Source of the DNA: Gemmatimonas sp.
GTDB taxonomy: Bacteria > Gemmatimonadota > Gemmatimonadetes > Gemmatimonadales > Gemmatimonadaceae
NCBI GenBank assembly: GCA_965279375.1
Contig: OZ257156.1
Span: 3,872,001 to 3,936,000 of the forward strand
Direction: 5' to 3'
DNA: 64,000 nt
In this document: piece after piece, positions 52,382 to 63,904 of the stretch
Position numbering within the stretch: the first letter of the stretch is position 1
Layout: the number at the start of each line of letters is the position of its first letter
The notes under the pieces: model-generated
What the model saw: only the letters and a program-made list of their open reading frames with translations
What the model was told of the DNA's origin: nothing
Database searches by the model: none
Made by a program: the position numbers and the translations under genes

Positions 52382-53577
52382 AGACTCACCTGAGCATTGA
52401 CGTGACGACGCGCGGCGGCGTCGGCGGCCAGCAGCGCCTCGAGTGAGGCCCCCGGCATGTCGACCAGCGCCTCGAGCGCACCCGCGACCAGCGTTGGGAT
52501 CTCGCCAAAGCGAATCCGACCCGCAAGAAAGTGCGCCACGGCCACTTCGTTCGCTGCGTTGAACACCGCAGGCGCCGACCCACCGTCACGGCCAGCCTGA
52601 ATGCCCAGCGGCAACATCGGGAAGTCGTCCACGCGCACCGGCTCGAACGTCAGACTGCCTGCGGCGATCGGATCGAACGATGATAAACCCGTATCGTGAA
52701 CGCGTTCCGGCCAACTCAACGCGTAGAGGATTGGGAGCTCCATCGACGGCATGCCCATCTGCGCGAGCACACTGCCGTCGATGAACTCCACAAACGAGTG
52801 GATGATGCTTTGCGGATGAACGACCACCTGAATGCGATCGTAAGGCACGCCAAACAGGTGATGCGCCTCGATCACCTCGAGTGCCTTGTTGGCGAGCGTC
52901 GCGCTGTCGATCGTGATCTTGCTCCCCATCTGCCACGTCGGATGCTTGAGCGCGTCGGCAACGGTGGCGGTGGCAATACGCTCGGACGGCCAGGTGCGGA
53001 ACGGCCCACCGGACGCTGTGAGCACCAGCCGGCGCACCTCATGCGGCTGACGGCCCGCGAGGCACTGGAGGATCGCGGAATGCTCGCTATCCACCGGGAC
53101 GAGTTCGCCACCGTGCCTCTTCGCCGTGTGGGTGACGATATCCCCCGCGACGACCAGCGTCTCCTTGTTGGCCAGTGCCACGCGCTTGCCGGCGCGCAGT
53201 GCTGCCATCGTGGCGGGAAGCCCCGCAGCGCCAACGACAGCATTGATCACGACGCGAACGTCCTCGTGCGTGGCCGCCTGGACCAGCGCCTCGGCGCCCT
53301 GCGCCCAATCGTGCCCCTCCGGAACGCTACCGCTCACCAGCCCCGTGAATGACGGCCGCCAGCGGTTCACTTGCTTCAGCAAAGCGTCTGCGTTGGCGTT
53401 GGCCGTCAGCGCGACCGGCTTGAAGCGCCGTACCTGCCGCTCGAGGACGCGCAGTGCGCTTGTGCCAATGGATCCCGTGGAGCCCAAAATCGCGACGCCG
53501 ATCGGCTCAGTCGGCTCGGCATACTCGGGATAGCGGATCGAGGCCCGAGGAATGGATTCGTCTGCCTCTTCGCTCAT
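52378..53577 (-). CDS. dxr: 1-deoxy-D-xylulose-5-phosphate reductoisomerase
   Basis: LGSTGSIG, LANKE, PVDSEHSA, TASGGPF, NAANE. Confidence 0.97.
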   Translation of the reverse strand: MSEEADESIPRASIRYPEYAEPTEPIGVAILGSTGSIGTSALRVLERQVRRFKPVALTANANADALLKQVNRWRPSFTGLVSGSVPEGHDWAQGAEALVQAATHEDVRVVINAVVGAAGLPATMAALRAGKRVALANKETLVVAGDIVTHTAKRHGGELVPVDSEHSAILQCLAGRQPHEVRRLVLTASGGPFRTWPSERIATATVADALKHPTWQMGSKITIDSATLANKALEVIEAHHLFGVPYDRIQVVVHPQSIIHSFVEFIDGSVLAQMGMPSMELPILYALSWPERVHDTGLSSFDPIAAGSLTFEPVRVDDFPMLPLGIQAGRDGGSAPAVFNAANEVAVAHFLAGRIRFGEIPTLVAGALEALVDMPGASLEALLAADAAARRHVNAQVSL

Positions 53578-54434
53578 GACGTCGGTGCCGGTAGAAGCAG
53601 CCAGCCGTACAGCGCGTACGCGACGGGGAGCACGAAGAAGAGGGAATCCAGTCGATCGAGCACGCCGCCATGCCCCGGGAAGATCGTTCCGCTGTCCTTC
53701 ACGCCAGCCTCACGCTTGAACAACGACTCGGCGAGGTCGCCAACCTGCGCGGCCACACTGATGCACACGGAAAAGATCACGAGGCCCCACGGACTGAACG
53801 CCAGCTGCGCCTGCGGCTTGAGCAGGTAATGCACGAACACTCCACACACCACGGTTGTCGTGACCAACGCTCCGATGGCGCCAGCAACGGTTTTTCCGGG
53901 GCTCACCGAGGGCATCAGCTTGCGGCCGCCAATAGCGCGACCAGCGAAGTATGCCCCGACATCGCTCGCCCAGGTGAGTATCACCGGCAACAGCACCGCC
54001 AGTGCCCCCGCGGTCTCACCGACGGCGTAGTTGAAGTAGCGGAGCGCGTAGACATAGCTGAGCGTGCCACCCGTGTACAAGACGCCCATGATCGTGCTTG
54101 CGGCGGAACCGAGCGGATGACCATCCACGCCGCGCACCCAGATGGAAGCGGCGATGATCACGAGCACGGTGAGCGTGAACGTGTACATCGGCAGCTGCAC
54201 GACACCCAGAAAGTGCGCGTGCGTCGCGATCGGCAGGAGCGCGGCCAGCACGATACCAATGGGCGCAATTGGCGCGCTGCCACTCGCGCGCGAAATGCGG
54301 AAGAACTCCCATGCAGCGACGGCTGACAACACTGCCGCCAGCGTGGCGAGCGGCGCATCTCCGAGCCAGATGAGCCACACGGCAATCGGAGCGCCGATGA
54401 GCGCCACGATCGCGCGACGAGCGAGTTCGCTCAC
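53574..54434 (-). CDS. cdsA: Phosphatidate cytidylyltransferase
   Basis: SPGKT, GDLAESLFKR..GVKDSG..FPGHGGVLDRLDS. Confidence 0.96.
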   Translation of the reverse strand: MSELARRAIVALIGAPIAVWLIWLGDAPLATLAAVLSAVAAWEFFRISRASGSAPIAPIGIVLAALLPIATHAHFLGVVQLPMYTFTLTVLVIIAASIWVRGVDGHPLGSAASTIMGVLYTGGTLSYVYALRYFNYAVGETAGALAVLLPVILTWASDVGAYFAGRAIGGRKLMPSVSPGKTVAGAIGALVTTTVVCGVFVHYLLKPQAQLAFSPWGLVIFSVCISVAAQVGDLAESLFKREAGVKDSGTIFPGHGGVLDRLDSLFFVLPVAYALYGWLLLPAPTS

Positions 54435-54476
54435 GCAGTCATGCCAGGCGGGGACACGGCGATGCGCCGTGCTGCC

Positions 54477-55226
<750 letters not shown>

Positions 55227-55274
55227 CGGAGCCGCTGACGGTGGGCGCATAGGGATCTGATCCGAGGCGCAGGA

Positions 55275-55829
55275 TCAGACCTCCATCAATTCAGCTTCCT
55301 TCGCCTTGAGCATCGACTCCAGCTTGCCGATGCTGTCGTCGTGCAGCTTCTGCAGGTCCTTCTCCGCGTGCTTCTTGTCGTCCTCGGAGATGCCATCAAG
55401 CTTCTTCACCTTGTCGCGTGCATCGGTGCGCGCATGACGAATGGCGATGCGACCGTCTTCCGCGAGCTTGTTGAGCACCTTCACGAGTTCCTTGCGACGC
55501 TGCTCGTTCATCGACGGCAGCGGAACGCGGATAACGCCGCTCTGATGCGCTGGATCCAGGCCAAGCTCAGACTCGCGAATGGCCTTCTCGATCGCCTTCG
55601 CCTGTCCCTTGTCGAACGGCGTCACGAGCAGGATGCGCGGCTCCGGCGCCGACACCGACGCGACCTGATTCAACGGCACATAGGTGCCGTACGCTTCGAC
55701 CTTGATGGTGTCGAGCATGTTGGGCGACGCCTTGCCGGAACGGATCCCCGAGAACTCGCGCTTGGAGTTCTCGAGACCCTTTTCCATGCCGGTCTTCGTG
55801 TCCTTCAGGATCTGTGCGATAGTGCTCAT
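55275..55829 (-). CDS. frr: Ribosome recycling factor
   Basis: IRSGKASP, EQRRKELVK, RIAIRHAR. Confidence 0.97.
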   Translation of the reverse strand: MSTIAQILKDTKTGMEKGLENSKREFSGIRSGKASPNMLDTIKVEAYGTYVPLNQVASVSAPEPRILLVTPFDKGQAKAIEKAIRESELGLDPAHQSGVIRVPLPSMNEQRRKELVKVLNKLAEDGRIAIRHARTDARDKVKKLDGISEDDKKHAEKDLQKLHDDSIGKLESMLKAKEAELMEV

Positions 55830-55836
55830 GCGGGGC

Positions 55837-56604
55837 TCAGGATACGAGGGTGCCAATGCGTTCGCCACGAACGGCGCGTTCGATTGCGCCCGGGCTGTTG
55901 ATGTTCAACACGACCAGCGGCAACTGATTCTCTTTGCACAGTGTGATGGCTGTCTGGTCCATCACCCGCAGCTCTTCGAGCATCACGTCGCGATAGCTGA
56001 TCGTTTCGTACAGGCTGGCGTTGGGATCCTTCTTGGGGTCGGCAGAATACACGCCGTCGACGCTGGTCGCCTTGATGATGACGTCGGCCTTCATCTGGAT
56101 GGCGCGCAGCACCGCCGCGGTGTCCGTCGAAAAGTACGGGTTCCCGGTGCCGGCGGCAAAGATAACGGTGCGGCCGACTTCGAGATGACGCAGCGCACGT
56201 CGCCGGATGTAGGGCTCAGCCAGCTCTTCCATCCGAATGGCGGTCATCACGCGCGTCTCGAGCCCCTTCTTCTCCAGCATGTCCTGCAGGGCGAGCGCGT
56301 TGATCACCGTACCGAGCATGCCCATGTAGTCGGCGCCGACACGATCCATGCCCATCTGCGACAGCTGCGCACCGCGCACGATGTTTCCGCCGCCGATGAC
56401 CAGTCCGAGCTGCACACCGAGCGCTTTTACGCGGCTGACCTGCTCCGCGAAGAACTCGATCCGTTCAAAATCGAAGCCAACGCCCTTGTCGCCTGCCAGC
56501 GCTTCACCGGAGAGCTTCAGCAGCACACGCGGATAACGCAACGCGCCGGTGGCTTCCGCCACCGACGCGCCGTTCCCGGCCTCTGCAGGGATGGAGTCGC
56601 TCAC
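55837..56604 (-). CDS. pyrH: UMP kinase
   Basis: [24 protein letters not shown]. Confidence 0.97.
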   Translation of the reverse strand: MSDSIPAEAGNGASVAEATGALRYPRVLLKLSGEALAGDKGVGFDFERIEFFAEQVSRVKALGVQLGLVIGGGNIVRGAQLSQMGMDRVGADYMGMLGTVINALALQDMLEKKGLETRVMTAIRMEELAEPYIRRRALRHLEVGRTVIFAAGTGNPYFSTDTAAVLRAIQMKADVIIKATSVDGVYSADPKKDPNASLYETISYRDVMLEELRVMDQTAITLCKENQLPLVVLNINSPGAIERAVRGERIGTLVS

Positions 56605-56612
56605 GTTGGCGC

Positions 56613-57506
56613 TCAGTCTGCGCCCAGCTGCAAACGAGCGAATGCATCCACCGTGATCGTGCCACCCGCGCGCTCCGCGTGATCCTTGATCAGCGCAGCG
56701 ATCGTAATCGCCGGATCGCGGACCCACGCCTGCGGCAGAAGCGTCACGTCCTTGAGGAACGCTTCGACCTTGCCGGTCGCGATTTTGTCGATCATCGCTT
56801 CCGGCTTGCCGGCCTCACGCGCCTGCTCCTCACCGATGCGACGCTCGCTTTCGATCTTCTCCGCAGGCACGCCGTGACGATCGACGGCGAGCGGTGCCGA
56901 GGCCGCGACATGCTCGGCGATGAACTTGACCAGCTGGTGCGTGGACTCGTGCTTGGCGACGTCGGGCGACGAGGTCGTGACCTTGACCAGCGTGCCGAGC
57001 TTGCCGTTGTGGTGGCGATACATGCCGACGTAGCCCGACGGACCGGCGTCGAAGCGCGCGATCTTCTTCACGTTGACCGCTTCGCCCGTCTTGGCAGCCG
57101 TCACCTTGACGTACTGATCGACCGTCTGGGTCGCATCGCCGTGATACGTCTCGGCGAGGAACTCCTCGGCCGTGGCGGCCTTGGACTGCGCCATCTGCGC
57201 GACGAGCGTGTGCACGAACGCGCCGAAGTCCTCGTTACGCGCGACGAAGTCGGTTTCACAGGCGACTTCGACGAGCACGCCGGCCTGGCCGTGGTCGAGG
57301 ATCTGTCCGCCGACGATGCCTTCGCTCGTGGAGCGATCAGCGCGCTTCTCCGCCTTGGCGATGCCCTTGGCGCGGAGGTACTCGACGGCGGCGTCCATGT
57401 CCCCGCCGGTCTCTTCGAGGGCCTTCTTGCAGTCCATCATGCCGGCGCCGGTGCGCTGGCGGAGCTCCGAGACAGCCTTGGCCGTGATCGGTGTCGTCAT
57501 CGTCAT
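56613..57506 (-). CDS. tsf: Elongation factor Ts
   Basis: [25 protein letters not shown]. Confidence 0.97.
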   Translation of the reverse strand: MTMTTPITAKAVSELRQRTGAGMMDCKKALEETGGDMDAAVEYLRAKGIAKAEKRADRSTSEGIVGGQILDHGQAGVLVEVACETDFVARNEDFGAFVHTLVAQMAQSKAATAEEFLAETYHGDATQTVDQYVKVTAAKTGEAVNVKKIARFDAGPSGYVGMYRHHNGKLGTLVKVTTSSPDVAKHESTHQLVKFIAEHVAASAPLAVDRHGVPAEKIESERRIGEEQAREAGKPEAMIDKIATGKVEAFLKDVTLLPQAWVRDPAITIAALIKDHAERAGGTITVDAFARLQLGAD

Positions 57507-57583
57507 GCCTATGTGAAAAATGTCGTAGTTCGCGTAGGGAACCCGCGATGTGCTGCGGGGGGTGCTGGGGTTCTGTGTACGAA

Positions 57584-57607
57584 CGCCGCCGGTTGAAGCC
57601 GGCGGCG
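57584..57607 (-). terminator. Hairpin between rpsB and tsf (possible attenuator)
   Basis: cgccgccgg-N6-ccggcggcg perfect stem. Confidence 0.45.
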
Positions 57608-57662
57608 CGTTGAAACTACCACATTTGGACGCGCACCTCGTATGGTGCACGTACCGCGTGGG

Positions 57663-58616
57663 TCACTCCGCTGCGTCGCTCGATTCAGCGCTGGCTTCGC
57701 CGGCGTCCTCTGCTCCACCTTCAGCGCCCGTCTTCAGGCGCGCGGCGATAGCTTCGGGCTTGGCACGGCGGCGGCGCGGGCGACGACGCTTCTCGTCCTC
57801 GCTGGCACTGCGACCGGCGCCAGGCGCGCCACCGGCACCACGATCGCCACGGTCACCGCGACCGGCGGGCTCTGCGCCACGATCGGTGCTGTAGACGTAG
57901 CTCTCCTGCTCTTCATCGGCCGGGCGAGACGGCGCCTCGCGGCGCGCCTCGTCGATCGTATCGGAGACGGCCTTCGCGATCAGTTCGACCGAGCGAATGG
58001 CGTCGTCGTTACCGGCGATCGGCACCGTGATGAGATCCGGATCCGCGTTGGTGTCGACGATCGCGACGATCGGTACACCGAGCTTGTTGGCTTCGGAAAC
58101 AGCGATGCGCTCCTTCTTGGAATCGATGACGAACAGCAGCCCCGGGAGGCGCGTCATCGTCTTGATGCCCGAGAGGTACTTGGAGAGCTTCTCGCGCTGC
58201 CGCGACATCAGCAGCTGTTCCTTCTTGGTGTAGTTCGCGAGCGTACCATCTTCCGCGCCAGCCTCAAGCTCCTTGAGCTTGCGGATCTGCTTCTTGGCGG
58301 TCTGGAAGTTGGTCAGCATGCCGCCGAGCCAGCGCTCGGTGACGAACATCGCGCCGCAGCGCTCGGCCTCGGCCTGCACGATGGCCGCCAGCTGGCGCTT
58401 GGTGCAAACGAAGAGCACCTGCTCGCCGCGCAGGACGACCTCGCGGACGAGCTTCTGCGCCAGTTCGATCTGGCGGAGCGTCTTCTGCAGGTCGATGATG
58501 TGAATGCCATTGCGCTCCGCGAAAATGAAGCGGCGCATCTTGGGGTTCCAACGACGGGTCTGGTGCCCGAAGTGAACGCCCGCGGCAAGCAGTTGCTCGA
58601 GGGACGGACTGGTCAT
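57663..58616 (-). CDS. rpsB: 30S ribosomal protein S2 with C-terminal extension
   Basis: GVHFGHQ...WNPKM, RWLGGMLTN, IPIV-like VDTN.DP, GNDDAIRS. Confidence 0.98.
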   Translation of the reverse strand: MTSPSLEQLLAAGVHFGHQTRRWNPKMRRFIFAERNGIHIIDLQKTLRQIELAQKLVREVVLRGEQVLFVCTKRQLAAIVQAEAERCGAMFVTERWLGGMLTNFQTAKKQIRKLKELEAGAEDGTLANYTKKEQLLMSRQREKLSKYLSGIKTMTRLPGLLFVIDSKKERIAVSEANKLGVPIVAIVDTNADPDLITVPIAGNDDAIRSVELIAKAVSDTIDEARREAPSRPADEEQESYVYSTDRGAEPAGRGDRGDRGAGGAPGAGRSASEDEKRRRPRRRRAKPEAIAARLKTGAEGGAEDAGEASAESSDAAE

Positions 58617-58648
58617 GTTGTGTACGACTGGAGGTTTTGGATTCGTCC

Positions 58649-58714
58649 GCCTTCGTCGTCGCCTGGTGCGACCGAATCTCGAAGGATTCGGCACCCGCAC
58701 CAGGCTCGGAAGGC
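58649..58714 (-). promoter_or_regulatory. Structured rpsB leader (candidate S2 autoregulatory RNA)
   Basis: Nested stems GCCTTC/GAAGGC, GCCTGGTGCG/CGCACCAGGC, CCGAATC/GATTCGG directly upstream of rpsB. Confidence 0.6.
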
Positions 58715-58752
58715 GTGCAGGATTCGTAGAGGGGCGGCCGAAGCCGCCTGAC

Positions 58753-59142
58753 TCAACGCTTGGAGAACTGGAACCGCTTACGGGCGCCAGCGCGGCCCGG
58801 CTTCTTACGCTCGACTTCACGCGCATCGCGAGTGAGGAGGCCGAATTCACGCAACTTCTTCTTGTTGCTCTCGTCGAGCTTCACGAGCGCGCGGGCAATC
58901 GCGAGACGCACCGCACCGGCCTGACCGGCGACACCGCCGCCATCGAGCACGGCCTTGATGTCATAGCGGCCCAGCGTGTCCGTCAGCGTGAACGGCTGCT
59001 GGATCGCCGACACGAGCGTCGGACGCGGGAAGTAGTCACCGAGCGTGCGGCCGTTCACATCCCACTTGCCCGAGCCGGGCTTGAGATAGAGGCGGCAGAC
59101 CGCCCGCTTACGACGGCCGACGGCCTGAATCTGGTCCGACAT
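58753..59142 (-). CDS. rpsI: 30S ribosomal protein S9
   Basis: GRRKRA, GGG..GQAGA, ERKKPG...FQFSKR. Confidence 0.98.
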   Translation of the reverse strand: MSDQIQAVGRRKRAVCRLYLKPGSGKWDVNGRTLGDYFPRPTLVSAIQQPFTLTDTLGRYDIKAVLDGGGVAGQAGAVRLAIARALVKLDESNKKKLREFGLLTRDAREVERKKPGRAGARKRFQFSKR

Positions 59143-59591
59143 TACTTGGCCTCAGCGTGGGAGAACGACAACGTCGCCGGCATCTGCGCGGCGTGCGGAT
59201 GCTCGGCACCGGCGTAGACGCGCAGCTTGCGGCGCAACACCTGACGGCCGAGCGCCGTCTTCGGCAGCATGCCGTAAACAGCCTTCTCGATCACGCGCTC
59301 CGGATGCGTGGAAATCACAGTCGCGAACGGCGTGTGCTTCTCATGGCCCATGTAGCCGGTGTGGCTGAAGTACGTCTTCTGCTCAGCCTTGCGACCGGTC
59401 ACCTGCACCTTCGACGCATTGATCACGATGACGAAATCGCCCGTGTCCATGTGCGGCGTGAACATCGGCTTGTGCTTGCCGCGAATGACTTTCGCGATCT
59501 CAGTGGCCAGTCGGCCGAGCACCATGCCTTCGGCGTCGACGATGTACCACCGCCGATCGATATCCTTCGGAGTCGCGCTGTAGGTCTTCAT
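59142..59591 (-). CDS. rplM: 50S ribosomal protein L13
   Basis: WYIVDA, LGRLA, GKHKP.FTPH.DTGD, HPHAAQ. Confidence 0.98.
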   Translation of the reverse strand: MKTYSATPKDIDRRWYIVDAEGMVLGRLATEIAKVIRGKHKPMFTPHMDTGDFVIVINASKVQVTGRKAEQKTYFSHTGYMGHEKHTPFATVISTHPERVIEKAVYGMLPKTALGRQVLRRKLRVYAGAEHPHAAQMPATLSFSHAEAK

Positions 59592-59828
59592 ACGTCCGTC
59601 TTGGTGAGGCACCCATGGGGCGCCCGGAACGAGGTCTGCCCCGAGCGGGCCGGCCCCCTGGTTTCGTGCACAAATACGCCAAGCGCGACACAACAACACG
59701 TGCTCCACCCAAGGGCTACTACGCCCTGGCGGGTCACGCCTGTGCGATCACGATCGACCGGATCCAATCCCCCGCGAACAACTACGCGAACTGCAGTCCA
59801 ACCGCGGGCGGATTTACGACAGACTCAC

Positions 59829-59857
59829 AGCTTAGCCCGGAGAGGCGCGTCTGTCAA
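59829..59857 (-). promoter_or_regulatory. Sigma70 promoter of rplM operon
   Basis: TTGACA-N17-TAAGCT. Confidence 0.75.
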
Positions 59858-59993
59858 TTGCGCCCGACCTCTCGCGTGCCAGCCCTGTGACCAAAGCCCT
59901 TGCGGCATTTCGTCCCGACTCTCATGCTCCCGTCTGCCGCGAGATCGCCTCAATGACGGGGAATCCGCGCTGACCACCACTAGGAGTGCGCGA

Positions 59994-60350
59994 ATGGGCA
60001 TGGTTTCGGAGTTCAAGGAATTCGCGATGAAGGGAAGCGTCATGGACCTCGCCGTCGGCGTGGTCATCGGTGGCGCCTTCCAGAAGATCGTCGACAGTAT
60101 GGTCTCTGACATCATCATGCCGGTCGTCGGGCTCTTGACCGGAGGCGCGGACTTCTCCAACCGTTTTGTCGTCCTCGGCAACGGCGGACCGTTCACCACG
60201 CTCGAAGAGGCCAAGAAGGCCGGCGTCGCCACGCTCAACTACGGCATGTTCGTCAATCAGGTCCTGACGTTCCTGATCGTCGCGTTCGTCCTGTTCATGG
60301 TGATCAAGGCAGTCAACAAGATGCGCAGCGGAATGCCCGCCAAGGGCTGA
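59994..60350 (+). CDS. mscL: Large-conductance mechanosensitive channel
   Basis: EFKEFAMKGSVMDLAVGVVIGGAF, NYG.F; RBS AGGAG at 59982. Confidence 0.96.
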   Translation: MGMVSEFKEFAMKGSVMDLAVGVVIGGAFQKIVDSMVSDIIMPVVGLLTGGADFSNRFVVLGNGGPFTTLEEAKKAGVATLNYGMFVNQVLTFLIVAFVLFMVIKAVNKMRSGMPAKG

Positions 60351-60399
60351 CCGACCAGGTACGCACCACGCCGGGGACGCCGGTCCCGCGCGGCTGACG

Positions 60400-60915
60400 C
60401 TACGCCGCCGTGACCGGCCCCAGCTCGACCAGCACCGCCCCTTTCTCCACCGCCGCGCCAACGATCGCGCGCACCGCCGTGACCACACCGGCGGACGTGG
60501 ACCGGAGTTCATTCTCCATCTTCATCGCCTCCACCACCACGAGCCCTTGGCCGGCCGACACCTCGTCGCCGACGGACACGGACACGCGCACCACCAATCC
60601 AGGCATCGGCGCCACCAAAGGCGCCGGACCGAATGCGGCGGCAGACAACTCAGTCAGATCGCGCAAGGTGCGCATCCGCTCGTCGAGTGCGTCCGTTTCG
60701 TAGCGAACACCGTCCATGTCGAGTCGCCACGCCCCGCGAGCGGCACCGCGTCGCGCGAGCACGCGATGCACTGTGTCGCCTATCCGTACCAACTGAACGG
60801 GGGTGCCGGGAACGGACACCAGGCTGACCGGCACCGCCTCACCGTCGACGGTCGCGATCGCGCCGTCCAGCTCGACCACGGTCCGGGATCCGTTCACTTC
60901 TACGACGTACTTCAT
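60400..60915 (-). CDS. Biotin carboxyl carrier protein (acyl-CoA carboxylase C-terminal-type subunit)
   Basis: APMPG, VEAMKMEN biotinylation motif. Confidence 0.92.
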   Translation of the reverse strand: MKYVVEVNGSRTVVELDGAIATVDGEAVPVSLVSVPGTPVQLVRIGDTVHRVLARRGAARGAWRLDMDGVRYETDALDERMRTLRDLTELSAAAFGPAPLVAPMPGLVVRVSVSVGDEVSAGQGLVVVEAMKMENELRSTSAGVVTAVRAIVGAAVEKGAVLVELGPVTAA

Positions 60916-62357
60916 TCCGCCTCCGGAACAAGAACGCAAACGGATTCGACATGCGCCGTCTGCGGGAACATGTCAAAGCACTTGAGCGCCTCCACGCGCC
61001 ACGCCGGCATGCGAGACAGATCTCGCGCCAACGTTGCGGGATCACAGCTCACGTACACGATGGCACGCACACCACGCGACGCCGCCTCTGCCAATAGCGC
61101 CGTCACTCGAATGTCCACGCCACGACGCGGAGGATTGAGTACGACCACGTCCGTCGGCAACGAAGCCGCCAGCGCCGCTTCCACGGTATCCGTGATGACG
61201 CGTGCATCTGCGGCGCTCGCCAAACGGCGCCGAGCCGATTCGGCACCGACGGAATCAGCCTCGATCGCCGTCACGCCCACGCCGGCCTCGGCGAGGAGTG
61301 CGCTCAGCACGCCAACGCCGGCGTACGCATCGACAACGCGCTTCGGCGCGAAGGCCAGCACGCGCTCCTGCACGTAAGCGCGGAGCGCCGCTGCCACCTC
61401 CTCGTTCACCTGCGCGAAGGCCAGCGCCTCCGTGGGCTCGGGACCTTCATCCACATCGCTCGTCCCCTGCACCGCCATGCCGCCCAGCAACTCAGCCGCG
61501 GCCACACCACGACGCGCGGCGATGAGAGTCGTCGCCCCTTGCTCCGATTGCCACCACACGGCCGCCAGCGGCGCGTGCGCACGCAGAAGCGACGCGCCCC
61601 ACTCCGCCGCGCCTTCCCACGCTGTTCCGCCAATCACGACGAGCGCGACAGCGTCGCCGTTCGCTTGCGCGACACTCGAATCGACCGACTCGCTCGGCGC
61701 GTCCACGCGACGCAGGGCGAGACGGAGCATCGGCGCGGCGGGCAGGCCACGAGACTGGCTGCGCACGGCGTGCCAAGCGGCAACGAGCGACGGGTGCGCG
61801 ATGGCGCATTCCTCCAGCTCGAACACACGCACAGGATCATCGAACGGGTGCAAGCCGCCAGTCCACGCGCCACCACGAGGTCTGAGCGTCAACGTCAGGC
61901 GGCCGCGATAGGCCCACTGCGCACCAGACACCAGATCGGCACGCGGCACGTCGCGCTTACCGATCCGACGCAACGCGTCCTGCACGATGGTCAGCCGCGC
62001 GTCGCGCTGCGCCGAGGCGGAGAGGTGCTGCAGCTGACACCCGCCACAGCGATCCGCCTCGTAGTGCCGGCACGTGGGTTCGACGCGATCAGCCGAGAGC
62101 TCAAGCAGCTGCAACACACGCCCCCGCGCATGGCGTGCATGCGTCTGAAAGGCCACCTGCGCGAGATCGCCCGGCGCCGTGCGAGGCACGAAGCACGCGA
62201 GGCCATCAACGCGCCCCACGCCATCGCCGCCGGCCGCAATGCTGTCGATCCGCACGTTCCCTACCGACTCCACGCGCGCGCGTTGACGCGCTGCAGCTGC
62301 AGCCGCCTGCCCCTCACGGCGACCGCGAGCGGATCGGCCGCCACGTCGCGACATCAT
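60912..62357 (-). CDS. RlmD/RumA-family RNA (uracil-5)-methyltransferase with TRAM domain
   Basis: C-x6-CGGC Fe-S motif, DAYAGVG, NPPRRG, YVSCDPATLARD, DMFPQTAHVE. Confidence 0.9.
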   Translation of the reverse strand: MMSRRGGRSARGRREGQAAAAAARQRARVESVGNVRIDSIAAGGDGVGRVDGLACFVPRTAPGDLAQVAFQTHARHARGRVLQLLELSADRVEPTCRHYEADRCGGCQLQHLSASAQRDARLTIVQDALRRIGKRDVPRADLVSGAQWAYRGRLTLTLRPRGGAWTGGLHPFDDPVRVFELEECAIAHPSLVAAWHAVRSQSRGLPAAPMLRLALRRVDAPSESVDSSVAQANGDAVALVVIGGTAWEGAAEWGASLLRAHAPLAAVWWQSEQGATTLIAARRGVAAAELLGGMAVQGTSDVDEGPEPTEALAFAQVNEEVAAALRAYVQERVLAFAPKRVVDAYAGVGVLSALLAEAGVGVTAIEADSVGAESARRRLASAADARVITDTVEAALAASLPTDVVVLNPPRRGVDIRVTALLAEAASRGVRAIVYVSCDPATLARDLSRMPAWRVEALKCFDMFPQTAHVESVCVLVPEAE

Positions 62358-63904
62358 CAACTCCTGAGCCCTTCGTAACGCGCCTGCTGTGCCCACGACG
62401 CACTGCTCGCTGACGGATGATCGACCGTGGCCTCGGCGTTCGACGCCGCCGCCGCTGGCAGTCTGCCTGACGCACGTTCGGCCTGCGTCAGCAGCGCAGC
62501 AGCAATTGCCGCGAGTCGTGTCGCGTCCGGATCGTCGAGGTCTTTCGTGAGTTCAGGCAGGGTCTGCTCGAGCCACTGGATCGAGATGTCGCCACTCTGA
62601 AACGCGGGATGGTCCATCACGCGCAGATGAAAGCCACGCGACGTTTCCACTCCATCGATAGTGAGCTCGAGGAGCGCGCGACGCATGCGCGCGATAGCGA
62701 GCGGTCGCGTCGGTGCGTGCACGATGAGCTTCGCGAGCATCGGGTCGTAGTATAGACCGACGTCGCTTCCCGTTTCGATGCCACCATCCCAGCGCACGCC
62801 GGGTCCCGTGGGCAGATGCAGATACGACACGCGCCCGGTGGACGGCAGAAACCCGTTCGTAGGGTCCTCGCTGGTGATACGGCATTCCATGGCCCAGCCG
62901 CGCGGCTGAAAGTCCTTCTGAGCAAACGGCAGCGGCTCTCCCGACGCGATGCGAATCTGCCACTGCACCAGATCGAGCCCCATGACGAGTTCAGTGACCG
63001 GATGCTCAACCTGAATGCGCGTGTTCATCTCGAGAAAGTAGAACTCACCACTCTTGTCGAGCAGGAACTCGCAGGTGCCGGCGTTCACGTAGCCGGCCGC
63101 GCGCGCGGCGGCTACGGCCGTCGCTCCCATCCGTGCACGCAGCTCGGGTGTCACGGCCACACTCGGAGCTTCCTCGATCATCTTCTGATGTCGACGCTGC
63201 ACTGAGCATTCACGTTCACCCAGGTGCACGACGTTGCCGTACTTGTCGGCGAGCACCTGAATCTCCACGTGGCGCGGTCCGTCGATGTACTTCTCGACGT
63301 ACACCGCATCGTCGCCGAACGCATTGCGCGATTCGCGTTGTGCTGACGCCAATGCGTCCGCGAGTTCCGACGCTTGATGCACGACGCGCATCCCCTTCCC
63401 GCCACCGCCGGCAGCCGCCTTGAGCAACACCGGAAATCCAAACTTCTCGGCGACCGTCAACGCGTCGGCGGCGTCTCGCAATGCCTCCGTGGTCCCCGGA
63501 ACAACCGGCACGCCGGCGGAGATGGCCAACTGACGCGCGGCGGTCTTCGAGCCCATCGCTTCGATCGATTCCGCAGACGGCCCGATGAAGACGAGTCCTG
63601 CCTCGCGCACGGCACGTGCGAACCAAGCGCGCTCGGACAGGAACCCGTAGCCGGGATGAATCGCCTCGGCGCCCGTACGCAATGCAACTTCGATGAGACG
63701 GTCGCCGAGCAGGTAACTCTGCGCTGCAGGGGCGGGTCCGATGTTGACTGCTTCGTCGGCTTCGCGCACGTGGGGCGCGCTCGCGTCAGCGTCGGAGTAG
63801 ACGGCGACAGTCTTGACGCCGAGCTCCTGACAGGCGCGAATGACGCGCAACGCGATCTCGCCGCGATTGGCGACCAGCACTTTGCGGAACATGCCGGCGC
63901 TCAC
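62357..63904 (-). CDS. accC: Biotin carboxylase subunit of acetyl/propionyl-CoA carboxylase
   Basis: ANRGEIA, HPGYGFLSE, GGGGKGMR, RECSVQRRHQK, EMNTRIQVEH. Confidence 0.93.
   Translation of the reverse strand: MSAGMFRKVLVANRGEIALRVIRACQELGVKTVAVYSDADASAPHVREADEAVNIGPAPAAQSYLLGDRLIEVALRTGAEAIHPGYGFLSERAWFARAVREAGLVFIGPSAESIEAMGSKTAARQLAISAGVPVVPGTTEALRDAADALTVAEKFGFPVLLKAAAGGGGKGMRVVHQASELADALASAQRESRNAFGDDAVYVEKYIDGPRHVEIQVLADKYGNVVHLGERECSVQRRHQKMIEEAPSVAVTPELRARMGATAVAAARAAGYVNAGTCEFLLDKSGEFYFLEMNTRIQVEHPVTELVMGLDLVQWQIRIASGEPLPFAQKDFQPRGWAMECRITSEDPTNGFLPSTGRVSYLHLPTGPGVRWDGGIETGSDVGLYYDPMLAKLIVHAPTRPLAIARMRRALLELTIDGVETSRGFHLRVMDHPAFQSGDISIQWLEQTLPELTKDLDDPDATRLAAIAAALLTQAERASGRLPAAAASNAEATVDHPSASSASWAQQARYEGLRS

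Noticed and set aside
59157..59993. Apparent N-terminal extension making MscL 397 aa
   Set aside because: It overlaps rplM antisense; the real start is ATG 59994 with RBS AGGAG.
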